A DNA stretch of 63,257 nt, filler included, from Collodictyon triciliatum (lineage: Eukaryota), in the NCBI GenBank assembly GCA_043381765.1. It is 48 parts of 48 records of this genome, joined end to end, with 100 filler letters (N's around TTAATTAATTAA, not from the genome) between each part and the next. Parts side by side here need not be neighbours in the genome. Positions count along the whole stretch, not along the records: positions 62,047 to 63,257 come from JBHJMP010011836.1; 47 more parts are not named here. One strand, given 5' to 3'. Shown one piece after another: positions 62,047 through 63,257 of the stretch (position 1 is its first letter; every line of letters begins with the position of its first letter). A model generated the notes under the pieces. It had not been told where the DNA came from. It saw only the letters and a program-made list of their open reading frames with translations, and ran no database searches. Both the position numbers and the translations under genes were made by a program.

Positions 62047-63257
62047 TTGGTTACCAACACTTATTTGTTTGCAAGATGCTACATATTGAAATCACAACAA
62101 CTCCCAACAACCGATGAAAAGTTTTTTGTGCGCTTTAAAGGCAGTCGGAATAGTTTCACAAGATAGACCCGCGAGATTAAAAAAAAAAAAACCATATATG
62201 AGTAAAGACATGATGACTTTTTATCTCTATGATTTTCGATTCCTTTTGTCCCGAGAAGAACGCTTTCCATTGGTTGGACTATCTCATCTATTACCGTACT
62301 TGGCGAAGCAAATGTTAACAGCTTATCATAATAGCATTAAGGAACATGTTTTAAAGAGGTTACTGCGCTTTATAAATCAAACAGTTCCTAAAGATGAAGA
62401 ATATGACGGAAGCTATTAAAAAGGCAGAGTTACGAAAGTTAAAAAAAAGCCATCTTCAAGAAGCTCGAAATACCGGAACAATATAAAGGATAGACTAAAA
62501 TATATTTGAATCGTATCATTCCCGCGATATTGTAAATGGTATCGAATATGGCGTCAAAGTTAATCCAAATAAGTACATTCCATGTCTGATTTGCATGAAT
62601 CGCATTTTGAGGACATTGGAACAAAACTGCTTCAACCAATCTCTATAAGAACTAACAATATACCTTGTCATATTACTCTATATGCTGCATGCTTGATAGA
62701 TCTATTAGTATTGTCTGGAAAACATCATTAATGAAGAATATATCAGGATGCAAAGAAACCATATGGGATGAGTTCTTTGAAATGAAGAAGAGGGTCTTTC
62801 ATCAAAGAGACTGCAATTATATATAGATGATGCAAACAGGCGGGTTGGCGGTGTCATTATTGTTTAAAGAGAAAGGGATTTCAAATTCAAAATCCAAATT
62901 TAACCAAAAATCCAAGAATATGTCTATAGATATGACCTTTCCGAAGAGCAGCTATCTTTATTAGCGACAAAAAAAAAGTTAGAATGGACGCAGGCAAGTT
63001 TAATTTGGTTTACATGGTGGATGAGACAGGTAAGAAATTATGTTACACAGCACACCAAAGAAGACATGATAGCAAATCTCTTAAAAATCACAAAATAGTC
63101 TTGTGAGAGAAAAAAAGAAAAAAGTACAATAATTCAGGGATATGCATGGCAACAGATTTACAAAGTGCTATTTCTTTTGGTCACATGACTTTTGAAGTGA
63201 ATCAGCGGTTTGAGACATCAAGAGCATCTTTAATCGATTTAGAGACAGAGCTGAGTA
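62047..63257 (+). pseudogene. Fanzor1-like (eukaryotic TnpB) nuclease pseudogene, REC/WED region through RuvC-I and bridge helix
   Basis: Homologous to 50230-51099; continues KKVRMDAGKFNLVYMVDETGKKLCYTAHQRRHDSK...LIDLETELS, matching the Fanzor (V)GxDPGK...YT..QR..ES pattern. Confidence 0.88.

Overview
This window is not a contiguous locus. It is 48 unrelated eukaryotic contigs of about 1.21-1.26 kb, roughly sorted by decreasing length and joined by an artificial 100-nt linker (N44-TTAATTAATTAA-N44, stops in all six frames). Many contigs break at simple-sequence repeats. The source looks like an AT-rich, intron-rich protist-like genome; I cannot name the organism from sequence alone. Recognisable host gene fragments include CLP1, COG1, POP1, a ZNG1/CobW GTPase, an SLC13 transporter, a coronin, and CUE, PH, ET-domain, LRR and TOM1/GPR137-like proteins, plus an FAD monooxygenase, a kelch-CUB-EGF membrane protein, a CorA tail and two claudin/amastin-like tetraspans. 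The most notable content is mobile DNA: (1) two degenerate copies of a Fanzor1-like (eukaryotic TnpB) RNA-guided nuclease gene, one with the N-terminus and upstream region and one reaching RuvC-I; (2) several L1-clade LINE fragments; (3) one retroelement 3' end present four times, including two 28-bp micro-insertions and one 112-bp insertion with clean target-site duplications; (4) a probable ORF1-only (HAL1-like) element; (5) PCNA-interacting (PIP)-like motifs in several element-encoded proteins. All family assignments come from motif recognition by eye; no database searches were run.
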